Source: Dehalococcoidia bacterium
GTDB taxonomy: Bacteria; Chloroflexota; Dehalococcoidia; SZUA-161; SpSt-899
Length of the DNA: 51,156 nucleotides
Direction: 5' to 3'
Assembly (NCBI GenBank): GCA_023271215.1
Contig: JALPYG010000001.1
Location: forward strand, 1-51,156
A program made the position numbers and the translations under genes. Below, in pieces: positions 22,825 through 32,237 of the stretch. A model generated the notes under the pieces. That model had not been told where the DNA came from, searched no databases, and worked only from the letters and a program-made list of their open reading frames with translations. The stretch's first letter is position 1. Every line of letters begins with the position of its first letter.

Positions 22825-25200
22825 GTGAGTGGAACAGCAATAGTAACCATCGGCCCAAAGCAGTGGGAGGTGTATCTTGCCACCACCTATGAGGAGATCA
22901 TCCAGGGCCTCGGGGAAGTCATCGGCATCCCACCACAAACGGGGATGCTCTTTGACCTGGGTTACGACCAGGTCATCACCGTCACCACGGTGCCTATGCT
23001 TTTCCCACTGGATATAGTCTTTATTTCAAGCGACCTGCGAGTGGTAGACATAGCGAGAAATGTCCCTCCGGGGAATCTGGTAGTCTCAGACGAATTTGCT
23101 AGGTATTTCCTGGAAGTCAACGCCGGCGAGGCCTCCGGGGTGCAAATAGGGGACGAGGTTCACGTCCATGTTCTGGTTTATCCTGCTGAGATAAGAATTC
23201 CTCCTCCTCCTCCCTCCATGGATGATATCATTAACTTCGGCATGACCGCCATGGCGATGCTGTTTGCTGGGAACATAGCCGTGTCGGTGATTGAGAGTGC
23301 CCTCGCGCCGCCTGAGAAGGAGAAGGAGCTTCTCCCCGGGCGAAAGCTACTCCCTCCAGGGAAATTGCCTCTACTTCCCCGCACTAAGGGCAGCCGCGAG
23401 CGCGACCCTTGGTTTGGTAAACAGGCAGTCGAGATCCAAGATATAACTGGCGAAGAGTTAAAAGCTATTATCAAATCTGGTGAGCATCCTCTTGGTCTTT
23501 ATATCGGGCCTAGGTACTTTATTCCGACAATAGAGCCTGGAAGGATTGTTGGCTACCTCCAAGTGGTGCCAGGCATCCCACGGCGCCGACTCCGTGTGCA
23601 TGATACTATGCCTCGTCTACCTGATCCCACACCTGGGAAGACAAAACTGGAGCAATTGCAAGGGGGAGCCTTAAAGTTGTACCGCACAATCATTGACAGA
23701 TGGCCCGAGGGACCTCCTGATCCTTGGCCAGAGGAATTCGAACAAATAATGGACCGTCTCGCCAAACTGGCAGATGAGATAATCGCAGAAAGGAAAAGGC
23801 GAGGGCTTCCGCTTATTCCCCTGACTCGCGATCCCTCGAACAAAGAGCTAACGGGGAAGTGGTTCGATCGGGGGGTGGAGGCAGGAAAGACCGATGGCTG
23901 GATGACGCTGGAAGACACGGTGGGGGAGACGCTGGAAGACCATCCGAAGATAAGAGACGCAGCCGAGTTGGTCTGGACCGACATTGAACTATGGGAGGAA
24001 ACCGATCACTTCCAGATACTATATGGTGCGAAGATAATGGAAGACGCTGGCGGGGACATAGATCTCTATTCCGACTTGAAGGCAGAGTTCTGGGAGGGTT
24101 ACCTCACCGGCAGGAAAGAAATAGGATTCGACATCTACAAGATAGCCGCGGAACTGATACGGCAAAGGGAACGCGGTCTGGAAAAACCCGAGGACCCATT
24201 GCCGAAGGTCGAGGGGAAGCACCTGCCAAAGACAGCAGATAAGCGGCGCAGGACTGGGAATATAGGGAAAAAACTTCGGCCTACTAGGGATGACGTAGCC
24301 GTGAGAGCTTGGTCGGAGCGTGACCGACTGGGTATCTGGATCGTTGATAATCGCACCGATGAGACGATTGCTGAGTGGTGGGACGAAGCTGCTCGTGAAA
24401 TGTTTGAGGCCGGGTTCTTTAAGCCAGGTGTTCCTCAGCACTCATGGGAAGAGCCAAGCCGGGAATTCGTGGACAGCGTCCTAGACTACGCTGAAGACAT
24501 GGGGTGGCTGGCTAAGGACAATCCTTTCAAGTTCTCACCCCGGACCGCAGCGGGGGGAAGGAAGATAAGAGCTCGCTCCATCACCCTGCGAAGACTTGAG
24601 GGGGATCGACAGAGAGACGATTTCTCATCCCACACGCTAACACCTCTTGATGATAAGAGCGTCTGGGAGAGAGCCAATAGCCTGCTTCGTAAATGGTCAG
24701 AGACCGCGCCCCGCAGAGGAGAAGGCTACCATAAGGTAAGTTTTATCGTCACCTATGAAGACGGTGAAACATACCAAGGGCGATTCGACCTGAAACACTA
24801 CACTGTCGAATACCCCGACTTGGCCAAGCACATATATCACTTCGTTGCCTTCTATGCTGGGAGATACCGCCCACCGCACATGACAGAGGAGCAATACAAG
24901 GAGTTTCTGGAGGATCGGATTGTGGTCGAGATCAGAACAGACTTTATAAACTTCTTGGATAATTATGAGATAGGTAATGGTTCCCCAAAAGGAAACCCGG
25001 GGGAGGTCAGCCCGCGTCTCATTGGCCGAATCAGGCGCCCGGAGACCCCGGAGAGGCTGGAGTTCTTTGCCGACAGTAGAGACCACATCGAGGACAGCAT
25101 CAAGGGTAACGGCCTCCATCCTCAGCTTGAAGCCGTCTTCTTGGAAAGCATCGCGCGGGCCAAGGGAGAAAAGATAGCCAAGAAGATAATGGGGGACTAA
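22825..25200 (+). CDS. large protein: DUF192-like N-terminal domain, one TM segment, long unknown C-terminal region
   Basis: GTG 22825 follows GGAGGTG. GMLFDLGYDQVITVTTVPMLFPLDIVFISSDLRVV...YFLEVNAGEA resembles DUF192. TM segment FGMTAMAMLFAGNIAVSVI. Confidence 0.65.
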   Translation: MSGTAIVTIGPKQWEVYLATTYEEIIQGLGEVIGIPPQTGMLFDLGYDQVITVTTVPMLFPLDIVFISSDLRVVDIARNVPPGNLVVSDEFARYFLEVNAGEASGVQIGDEVHVHVLVYPAEIRIPPPPPSMDDIINFGMTAMAMLFAGNIAVSVIESALAPPEKEKELLPGRKLLPPGKLPLLPRTKGSRERDPWFGKQAVEIQDITGEELKAIIKSGEHPLGLYIGPRYFIPTIEPGRIVGYLQVVPGIPRRRLRVHDTMPRLPDPTPGKTKLEQLQGGALKLYRTIIDRWPEGPPDPWPEEFEQIMDRLAKLADEIIAERKRRGLPLIPLTRDPSNKELTGKWFDRGVEAGKTDGWMTLEDTVGETLEDHPKIRDAAELVWTDIELWEETDHFQILYGAKIMEDAGGDIDLYSDLKAEFWEGYLTGRKEIGFDIYKIAAELIRQRERGLEKPEDPLPKVEGKHLPKTADKRRRTGNIGKKLRPTRDDVAVRAWSERDRLGIWIVDNRTDETIAEWWDEAAREMFEAGFFKPGVPQHSWEEPSREFVDSVLDYAEDMGWLAKDNPFKFSPRTAAGGRKIRARSITLRRLEGDRQRDDFSSHTLTPLDDKSVWERANSLLRKWSETAPRRGEGYHKVSFIVTYEDGETYQGRFDLKHYTVEYPDLAKHIYHFVAFYAGRYRPPHMTEEQYKEFLEDRIVVEIRTDFINFLDNYEIGNGSPKGNPGEVSPRLIGRIRRPETPERLEFFADSRDHIEDSIKGNGLHPQLEAVFLESIARAKGEKIAKKIMGD

Positions 25201-25234
25201 AGCCGCGTCAAATACTGTCGCCTAGAGGAATGAC

Positions 25235-25990
25235 ATGACAGGATACATTTCTTACCGATCACCAAACGAAGATTGGCTCAACGCTATGTCTCGATTCATG
25301 GGCTTTGCGGTGGTAGGTGCATTTGCGGCCAGCATCGCCAAAACCATGATCGAGGATACGTCCCCTGAGCCTACGCCTGAAGAGGCTCATAATAATCCTA
25401 ATCCCGAACCAATACTTATTCCCTTTGCAGAGGCTCCCAAGTGGGTAAGAAAAGAGTGGCAGTGGTTATATGGACGAACAAGACCACGGGTTGAACTATA
25501 TCGTACAGAAGTCGCTAGAATTACTCCACCAACCTTTGAATATGCAGTAAGAAATATTGTAGCACACAAAAAAGGCCAAATAATGAGACGATATGTCCCC
25601 AGTTATGATACTTTGTTAGCTTCGACGCGGGAAGATCGAACACTATACTTTGGCGGGGGTGTGAAGCTCAAACCGGGTGAAGCAATTGCGGTCATGGATT
25701 ATTGGGGAGACAGATTTCAAGGGATTAAACTTTATATTCACCCAGCGGATTATGAGCCACCAAAATTGATTAAACCTGATTTAACAGAAAGGCAGATGAA
25801 AATTTTAGCTACTATAAGCGCCTACAAACCAAGATATCGCAGAGAAGTACTTAAAGCTGCTAAGGTAACCCAGGATGAACTTGACGAATTGCGTAAAATG
25901 GGACTAATTGATGCTAGAGGAGCTATCACTATCACAGGCCGTAATATTGTAGGTGCGGAGGACCCTTGGGGAATGATTGATCTTTACTAG
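25235..25990 (+). CDS. N-terminally anchored protein with C-terminal winged-helix-like domain
   Basis: The N-terminus MTGYISYRSPNEDWLNAMSRFMGFAVVGAFAASIAK is shared with 26001..26504. The C-terminus LTERQMKILATISAYKPRYRREVL...LIDARG is MarR-like. Confidence 0.55.
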   Translation: MTGYISYRSPNEDWLNAMSRFMGFAVVGAFAASIAKTMIEDTSPEPTPEEAHNNPNPEPILIPFAEAPKWVRKEWQWLYGRTRPRVELYRTEVARITPPTFEYAVRNIVAHKKGQIMRRYVPSYDTLLASTREDRTLYFGGGVKLKPGEAIAVMDYWGDRFQGIKLYIHPADYEPPKLIKPDLTERQMKILATISAYKPRYRREVLKAAKVTQDELDELRKMGLIDARGAITITGRNIVGAEDPWGMIDLY

Positions 25991-26000
25991 AGAAAATGAC

Positions 26001-26504
26001 ATGACAGGATATATTTCCTACCGATCACCAGACGGAGATTGGCTCAACGCTATGTCTCGATTCATGGGCTTTGCGATGGTAGGTGCATTTGCGGTCAGCG
26101 TCTCCAAAAGCGTGATCGAGGGAATGACCCTCAAGGAGGAGAAATTCCTTCCAGCAACAGTCGAATCGGCAGAGGGAAAAACACTACGGTTTGCCACCGA
26201 GACAAGGGCAATTACCGGAACTACCTTAAAGAGATGGCAACGCCAAGGCAGGGCGTATCTGCTGCAACCCGGTGGTTTTTATGGAGCTGAAGGACTAAAA
26301 CCCAAGTTATGGGTTGTAGACAATACCATCTATCAATTAGACCCAATAATAGGCTACCATTGGACATTCCTCCCGGCAAGGAAGGAAGATTTGGCTCAGA
26401 AGACAATAGAGCGGTTAGCCAAGGAGCAAAGACTTCCCCCGGCAGTGTCAGGAGGTGGCTCTGGAGAAGTGGTAGATATACTCAAGGAGGCAGCATACAG
26501 ATAA
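26001..26504 (+). CDS. paralogue of 25235..25990 in the N-terminal anchor only
   Basis: ATG 26001 follows the same AATGACATGACAGGATA context as 25235. Confidence 0.55.
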   Translation: MTGYISYRSPDGDWLNAMSRFMGFAMVGAFAVSVSKSVIEGMTLKEEKFLPATVESAEGKTLRFATETRAITGTTLKRWQRQGRAYLLQPGGFYGAEGLKPKLWVVDNTIYQLDPIIGYHWTFLPARKEDLAQKTIERLAKEQRLPPAVSGGGSGEVVDILKEAAYR

Positions 26505-26505
26505 G

Positions 26506-29310
26506 ATGGTTACCGCAGCCACTGTAACAGCACCAAGAACCATCTCAATGGAAGAATTCCGCCGGGAATGGGAGCCGAAGGGGTGGAGACTTATTATCAT
26601 CGGTCCCACCTCCACTTGGCGCCAAGAGTGGGGGATGTGGGAAGCCATCAGGGACATTGTCCAGAACTCATGTCCACACGATATGCCTCTTCTGATTTTG
26701 CAAAACCAGAGAGTTAAGTTTGTGCCCATTGGGGAATTTGTGGAAATGCATTTGGAAGATGAAAGGCAGGGCACCGTTAAAGACGAGGTTTATGCCTTAT
26801 CCTTCAAGAATCACAAAAGCCGGGGATATAAGCTGAGATGGCAAAGGATTCACAAAGTCTATCGCCATCATTATCAAGGAGATATGGTTGAGGTATCTCT
26901 CACCAATGGCCTAAAGGTAAGGGTTACCTGCGGGCACAGCTTATTCCGGAGAGACCTCAAGAAGGGCAGGATGTGGCTATGCTCTGTTCCCACTGATCGG
27001 TTGCACAAAACAGACTATATTGCCATTCCTTTTGCTAAATTGCTTGATTTCCCCGCCGCGGATGAAGTTGACTTGCTGGAGTTTCTTGAGCAGGAAAAAG
27101 ATTCCCTTAGAGTTCGAGGTATGTGTGATACCCTAGAATCCGTAGGTGTGGAAGTCAGTAAAGACGGCCGGAGCCGGGATTCGATCCCGCTCTGGACGAT
27201 ACCTGTTCCTCTACCGAAGGATACCTTACTTGGATACCACCATGCTTCCCATCCTGTTCGTAGAACTCTTCCCCTTGAACCACTGGCCTATCTACTCGGA
27301 CTTTACCTTGCAGAAGGTTCAATTGTGAATCACAGGAAGAAGGGCGACAAAGCTGTGTGCTTTTCCTTAGGTACACATGAGCATGAAGTCCTAGAGAAAG
27401 TGAAGAGGTGCGCCGAGCAAATTGGGGTAGGGGTCTCAGTTCAGCACCCACACGAAACAGCCATAAACACTGTCCTTAAATGTCATGTTCTTGCCCTTGT
27501 TTTTGAAAGGCTTTTTGGGAAGACTCGAGCAAATACCAAAGCCATCCCGGATTTTATTTTTAATCTCCCACATAAATTCCAGACGAAATTCCTCGAAGGA
27601 TACTTTGACGGCGACGGCTATGATCAAGGAGACAGAATAATTATAACCACCGCATCAAAGAAAATAGCCCAAGGTCTCCAGTATCTCCTTCTTCTTAATG
27701 GTATTCCCTTCAGCATCGAAGAGCAAGAAGGTAAAGAAAGGGTTATTGGCAAAAATAGAACCTTCTCTGGACCAGCAAATTACCTCTATATTCGCAAGTC
27801 GGGTCTTAACGGTAATGTCTCAAAGAGCCCTATTGCACGACAAAGGTGTGGTGACCTTAGCTTCGTCGGTGTGAAAGAGATTAAGCCTGTCGAGTATAAG
27901 CATCCGTGGGTCTATGATATAGGTGTTCCAGGGTGCGAGAACTTCGTCGGCGGGGAGAGTCCAGTCATACTACATAACTCCCTCGACGAGGCTGAAAAAT
28001 ATACCTGGGGCTTTGATGAAGAGGGTCTGTGGATCAAGGACCGGGGACAGGGCGTCCAGGTTGCCGACTTCCTCTTGGGTCCTCCCAGAACCAAGCCGCC
28101 TCATGCCAGGGGAAGATTTGGCGAAGGGATGAAGATCGCCGCCCTGGTGATGCTCCGCGAGGGATATGCCATCAGGATAGATACCGTGGGTCGGTCGGTG
28201 TGGATGATCTTCCTGGAGCAGGAAATAAACGGTACTGCCGAGGTCCTGGCGGCTATGTGGCGGCCCAATGGCTTGGACAGGGGAACTCGTTTCCACATCA
28301 TCGGCTACTTCGGGGATGACTACAAGTGGAACTTCGCTGTAAATATCCCCAGGAAGTTCATTGCTCATGAGGGCCCCAGCCGGCTCCACGAACCCATCAG
28401 ACGTTTCAACCAACTGATACTTTCCCCCAGTGGTAAGATCTACGCCCGGGATATCTACATGAGGGACATCAAGAGTCCCTACTCCTACAACCTCTGGAGC
28501 TTTGAAATGGCTCCCGATCGCCATGGCCCAAAACATGAATCCGACATGTGGGTCGACATGGGTCGCCTCTGGGCTACCTGCAAGCGCAAAGAACCCCTGC
28601 AGGTCTTGCTTCGGATGGTATCTATGCCTCCTGTTCTTGCAACTGATGAGTCTGTCAATCTCTCCATGAGTCCCTGGGACATGGGCCCCGAGCCGGTTTC
28701 CGGGAAGCGTTATACCGAAATCATGGAAGACAACAAGAAGGTGTGGCAGGATGCATGGAAAGAGGCTCACGGCGAGAATGCTGTCCTCAGACAGTCGGAT
28801 CGCTGGGACACTATGGTGACCCACCTAGGATACAAGTCGGTTAGTGTTTTCTACGGTGTTACTGATGCCCTTTCTAAGGTTATCTTGACTGATGAAGCTC
28901 TCATTCGGGACTCGCAGAAAAGGCTGGCTGAGGTTGAGATTATTCCTGATGAGGAGCTCACTGAACGCCAGCGTGCTCACCTCAGGCTGGCGCGCAAAAT
29001 AGCCGAGGCGACCCTAGTGCGTGAGCTTACCGGTGTCCACGCTGCCATAATACCCCCGGCAAGCGATCGGATGCGCACCGCGGGTCTCTACAGCTCAGCG
29101 GCTGAGACAATATACATCGCTGCTGACCAGCTCAACACGGCTCGGGCAACTGTGGATGTCCTGATCCACGAGATGGCTCATCATACCAGCGGGAGAGAAG
29201 ACGGCGATCCACTTCACAATGCACAGATGACGGTCCTGGGATCTCGGGTGGTGCAGTTGACAGCAGAGGGGCGCTTTGACGAGGAGTTGAAGAAGGCGGT
29301 GTGGTATTAA
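26506..29310 (+). CDS. GHKL (HATPase_c_3/MORC-like) ATPase with C-terminal HExxH domain, interrupted by an intein
   Basis: The extein gives the N-box DIVQN(S)SLDEA, the G1 box IKDRGQGV and the G2 box GRFGEGMKIAAL. The C-terminus has VLIHEMAHHTSGRED. Confidence 0.75.
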   Translation: MVTAATVTAPRTISMEEFRREWEPKGWRLIIIGPTSTWRQEWGMWEAIRDIVQNSCPHDMPLLILQNQRVKFVPIGEFVEMHLEDERQGTVKDEVYALSFKNHKSRGYKLRWQRIHKVYRHHYQGDMVEVSLTNGLKVRVTCGHSLFRRDLKKGRMWLCSVPTDRLHKTDYIAIPFAKLLDFPAADEVDLLEFLEQEKDSLRVRGMCDTLESVGVEVSKDGRSRDSIPLWTIPVPLPKDTLLGYHHASHPVRRTLPLEPLAYLLGLYLAEGSIVNHRKKGDKAVCFSLGTHEHEVLEKVKRCAEQIGVGVSVQHPHETAINTVLKCHVLALVFERLFGKTRANTKAIPDFIFNLPHKFQTKFLEGYFDGDGYDQGDRIIITTASKKIAQGLQYLLLLNGIPFSIEEQEGKERVIGKNRTFSGPANYLYIRKSGLNGNVSKSPIARQRCGDLSFVGVKEIKPVEYKHPWVYDIGVPGCENFVGGESPVILHNSLDEAEKYTWGFDEEGLWIKDRGQGVQVADFLLGPPRTKPPHARGRFGEGMKIAALVMLREGYAIRIDTVGRSVWMIFLEQEINGTAEVLAAMWRPNGLDRGTRFHIIGYFGDDYKWNFAVNIPRKFIAHEGPSRLHEPIRRFNQLILSPSGKIYARDIYMRDIKSPYSYNLWSFEMAPDRHGPKHESDMWVDMGRLWATCKRKEPLQVLLRMVSMPPVLATDESVNLSMSPWDMGPEPVSGKRYTEIMEDNKKVWQDAWKEAHGENAVLRQSDRWDTMVTHLGYKSVSVFYGVTDALSKVILTDEALIRDSQKRLAEVEIIPDEELTERQRAHLRLARKIAEATLVRELTGVHAAIIPPASDRMRTAGLYSSAAETIYIAADQLNTARATVDVLIHEMAHHTSGREDGDPLHNAQMTVLGSRVVQLTAEGRFDEELKKAVWY
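26668..27978 (+). mobile_element. intein with LAGLIDADG homing-endonuclease domain (~436-437 aa)
   Basis: N-terminal (S)CPHDMPLLIL. Block B GLKVRVTCGHSLF. LAGLIDADG motifs LLGLYLAEGS and FLEGYFDGDGY. C-terminal VYDIGVPGCENFVGGESPVILHN followed by Ser. The first intein residue is either Ser (26668) or Cys (26671). Confidence 0.8.
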
Positions 29311-29432
29311 GAATTCAAAACCTGGAGCAGGCGTTGAGCGATGGGGCAAGACAGTGTGAAGAGACCCCATGGGCATAATGAGGATAGCGATGATGGCAGG
29401 GATTCTGCTAATAAAGAAACCGGAGGAATAAG

Positions 29433-29870
29433 ATGCCTATTCAACAACAATTGGCAGAGATCACCTCGATTGAGGTCCCGCCGGAGATTCAGGTGGGAAA
29501 GGTCCTCCCCATCAGGGTGCAGGGCACGATAGGCATTCCTCTTGTGGGGTATCTATTTGCGGGTCTTCTTGAGCCACCGGCGTATAACACCTACAGGAGC
29601 TTCAGATCTACCCCGATACTTACCTTTTTGCCACCAAGTTTCGACATTGTCATGGAACTTGATGTGCAGATGGACAACGTCCTAGGGGTAAATCAGCTTC
29701 GAGTCGATCTGGTAAGCGGGCAGACGATTGCCACAAGAAGGGTTGAGATTTTAGTCAAAGCACCTGAGGTGACGCCCACTCCACCGGATATCATGGGCCC
29801 GATGATGGGCATAATAGGGATAGCACTGGTGGCCGGGTTAATGGCTCGGATGATAAAACCAGAGGAATAG
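29433..29870 (+). CDS. Ig-like protein with Met-rich C-terminal anchor
   Basis: C-terminus PDIMGPMMGIIGIALVAGLMARMIKPEE. Confidence 0.6.
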   Translation: MPIQQQLAEITSIEVPPEIQVGKVLPIRVQGTIGIPLVGYLFAGLLEPPAYNTYRSFRSTPILTFLPPSFDIVMELDVQMDNVLGVNQLRVDLVSGQTIATRRVEILVKAPEVTPTPPDIMGPMMGIIGIALVAGLMARMIKPEE

Positions 29871-29888
29871 GGTCAAGGGAGGGAGGAA

Positions 29889-30260
29889 ATGCCTACAGTC
29901 GCAGAACAGTTGGCGAGCGTTTGGGACTATATTAGTGGTGCGGGAACTCTCGTAGAAGACCACGCGATTGCAGTCTGGAGAGAAGGCAGATTCCACCTGT
30001 ATTCGACATTCGTACCTATCGACGAAATTGGATACTTTCGCTTTAGTGAAGCACCCTGGCTCTACGCTACCCAGGATTGCGTACTGACTTATAAAGGGAT
30101 GACGACGCCGCTCTACACAGGATGGAACAACATCGCGTGGTTAGTAGACGAAGAGCCGCCGGCGACGTGGATGGATATGCTCATGCCAATAATCATGATA
30201 GGGATGATGGGATACGTGATGTGGCCGATGATTAAAGGGCTTTTCAAGAAGGATAAATAA
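29889..30260 (+). CDS. tail-anchored protein with Met-rich C-terminal helix
   Basis: GGGAGGGAGG SD. C-terminus WMDMLMPIIMIGMMGYVMWPMIKGLFKKDK. Confidence 0.6.
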   Translation: MPTVAEQLASVWDYISGAGTLVEDHAIAVWREGRFHLYSTFVPIDEIGYFRFSEAPWLYATQDCVLTYKGMTTPLYTGWNNIAWLVDEEPPATWMDMLMPIIMIGMMGYVMWPMIKGLFKKDK

Positions 30261-30262
30261 CT

Positions 30263-30892
30263 ATGGTAATGGACCTGCGCCCAAAGCGTGGTGGATTCCT
30301 TCGTCCATTTTTCTTGGGCATATTCATCCGCGATTACCTGTTGGGCAAGGGGCCCTTCGGGTCCGAAATGGTTGACCCTGATCGCGGTGCAGCTCAAGAT
30401 GATATCCGAGCAGCCTATAAAGATGCACTTTTCAGAGAGTATGCCACACGGGCTGTGGGTGAAGAACAAGCCGATCGCATAGAACGCGGAGAGGAACCCT
30501 TTACTGAGGAGGAATGGCGCGAACGCTGGTTAACCCACCTAGAGCGTATCCCGCAGAGGCTCACTAGAATGAGATCCCATTCCTTCTATCGCTACTTCCA
30601 CCACCTGAAGCAACTGGGATGGGTAGAACTAACCGGGGAAGAGGAGTCGTCATTTCGGGGCGGCATAGTAACCCCTGAACCTTGGGGTAAACCCGGGGCA
30701 ATAGTGATAAAAACCGATGAACTAGTTCCTGGAAGGGGAACAATACTAACAGAAGTCCCGAAACCACGACGCCTTTTCCGCCTGACTGCTAAAGGAAAGG
30801 CTGCCACAGAGGACGAATGGCGGGATCCCCTCCAAGCCCTTCATAATTATCCTACCTGGCGACGGCAAGGCCAACCGCCACCGAAGAACTGA
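30263..30892 (+). CDS. hypothetical protein, possible winged-helix
   Basis: SFYRYFHHLKQLGWVELTG looks like a recognition helix plus wing. Weak call. Confidence 0.5.
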   Translation: MVMDLRPKRGGFLRPFFLGIFIRDYLLGKGPFGSEMVDPDRGAAQDDIRAAYKDALFREYATRAVGEEQADRIERGEEPFTEEEWRERWLTHLERIPQRLTRMRSHSFYRYFHHLKQLGWVELTGEEESSFRGGIVTPEPWGKPGAIVIKTDELVPGRGTILTEVPKPRRLFRLTAKGKAATEDEWRDPLQALHNYPTWRRQGQPPPKN

Positions 30893-30928
30893 ACTCCTCC
30901 CCCATGAGGGATAGCATCCCTAGTCCGA

Positions 30929-30963
30929 CGGCCCTTCCGAAAGGAAGGGCCGTTTCTTTTTAT
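30929..30963 (+). terminator. intrinsic terminator
   Basis: CGGCCCTTCC-gaaa-GGAAGGGCCG followed by TTTCTTTTTAT. Confidence 0.8.
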
Positions 30964-31215
30964 CCTCAACAGACTATCCCCTAGTGGGGGAAGGATTGAA
31001 CTTATTAGTTCCTCAAGTCGAACAAAAGGACTTTTTGTTTGATAATAAACTTGGAAGCTGAAGCTGAAAGGCGTGAAACAAGCGACTGGACAGCTTAACC
31101 TTAACAACTGAATAATGAAGCCGAAGCCCGAACACTTGCCCAGTCTGAAGCATAAAATATCCCGTAGCCAGGGACAAGCTGACTACGGGAAATCTAACAA
31201 AGGCAGGAACGCACA

Positions 31216-32094
31216 ATGTTAGACTGTGGTAAGCATAGCACAGAGGGCACAGCAAGGCAAGAGCTAACCTATAAGCGACAGCGGGGATGTTGGTATTGGC
31301 GATGCCAGATATGCGGGCGAAGTGGTCAAGCACGCATACCAGACAAGGCGCAAGACCACTACCAGCATAACCCTGGTAACCCTGCGCTAGTGATATGCGG
31401 GCGATGCACGGAATACCGTTTTGACCCTGCTAGGGTGACATTAACATTAAATAATAAGCGAAACGGTAAGCACAAGAACGGAAAGAACGGAAAGCCGATA
31501 AAGGATAGCCAAGACTGCGACCCCGATAGCGAAAATAGCGAAGCCCTAGACGCACCTTGGGGCGATTATATGGCGATTGCCAAGCGATTTCAGCACAAGG
31601 CGATTTACCAGGACAGGGAAGACTTAAAGCATAATATCATGCTTTGTCTGGCCGAAGCCCACGCCAATAACGGGCACAACAAGCCGACCAGTCAAGCCTT
31701 GATGCACCGTATAGCAAGTCATACCGTGGCTAGGTATTGGCGAGAACGATACCAGCACGCTAACGGGGTAAATTGCCATAATTGCGCTAAAGACCAGCGA
31801 CAAGAGTGTAAAGATAGCGATCTATATTCTAGTTGCCCTAAAGCCATACGGGTTGAAAGCCTATCGAGGCCGATAACCGATGAAGATGGCAATATAACTG
31901 AGCTAGGCCAGCTCATAGCCGATGATCGGGCGATCGATATCCTAGACTGGATAGAGGTAAACACTTGGCAATTAGGCTATCCTCAAAGACTGGTAAACAT
32001 AGCCGATAAGATACAGCGGGGCGAAGCTCTATCGGATAAAGATAGGCAGTATCTAAGCCGATATAGGCGCAAGGCACAGGGCAAGTTATTTTAA
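31216..32094 (+). CDS. Cys-rich hypothetical protein, tentatively sigma-like (region 2/4-like segments)
   Basis: N-terminal CxxC...CxxC (CQICGRSG...CGRCTEY). DLKHNIMLCLAEA and a C-terminal RLVNIADKIQRGEALSDKDRQYLSRYRRK weakly resemble sigma regions 2 and 4. Confidence 0.5.
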   Translation: MLDCGKHSTEGTARQELTYKRQRGCWYWRCQICGRSGQARIPDKAQDHYQHNPGNPALVICGRCTEYRFDPARVTLTLNNKRNGKHKNGKNGKPIKDSQDCDPDSENSEALDAPWGDYMAIAKRFQHKAIYQDREDLKHNIMLCLAEAHANNGHNKPTSQALMHRIASHTVARYWRERYQHANGVNCHNCAKDQRQECKDSDLYSSCPKAIRVESLSRPITDEDGNITELGQLIADDRAIDILDWIEVNTWQLGYPQRLVNIADKIQRGEALSDKDRQYLSRYRRKAQGKLF

Positions 32095-32237
32095 TAAGAT
32101 GTCACGTTTCCCCTCAAAATCGCAATATATGTAGTGGAAGCACCGATTATGCTAGCGTGTCGCAGATAATCGGTAGCTTACTACTGAGCTAGCTGGTAGC
32201 TTGCCCACTACCAGCAACGCTAAGAGGGGGGTGAGTC

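Noticed and set aside
27970-28824. 284-aa minus-strand ORF inside the GHKL gene
   Set aside because: It is antisense to a gene with clear GHKL G1/G2 motifs, and it has no SD or recognisable motif.
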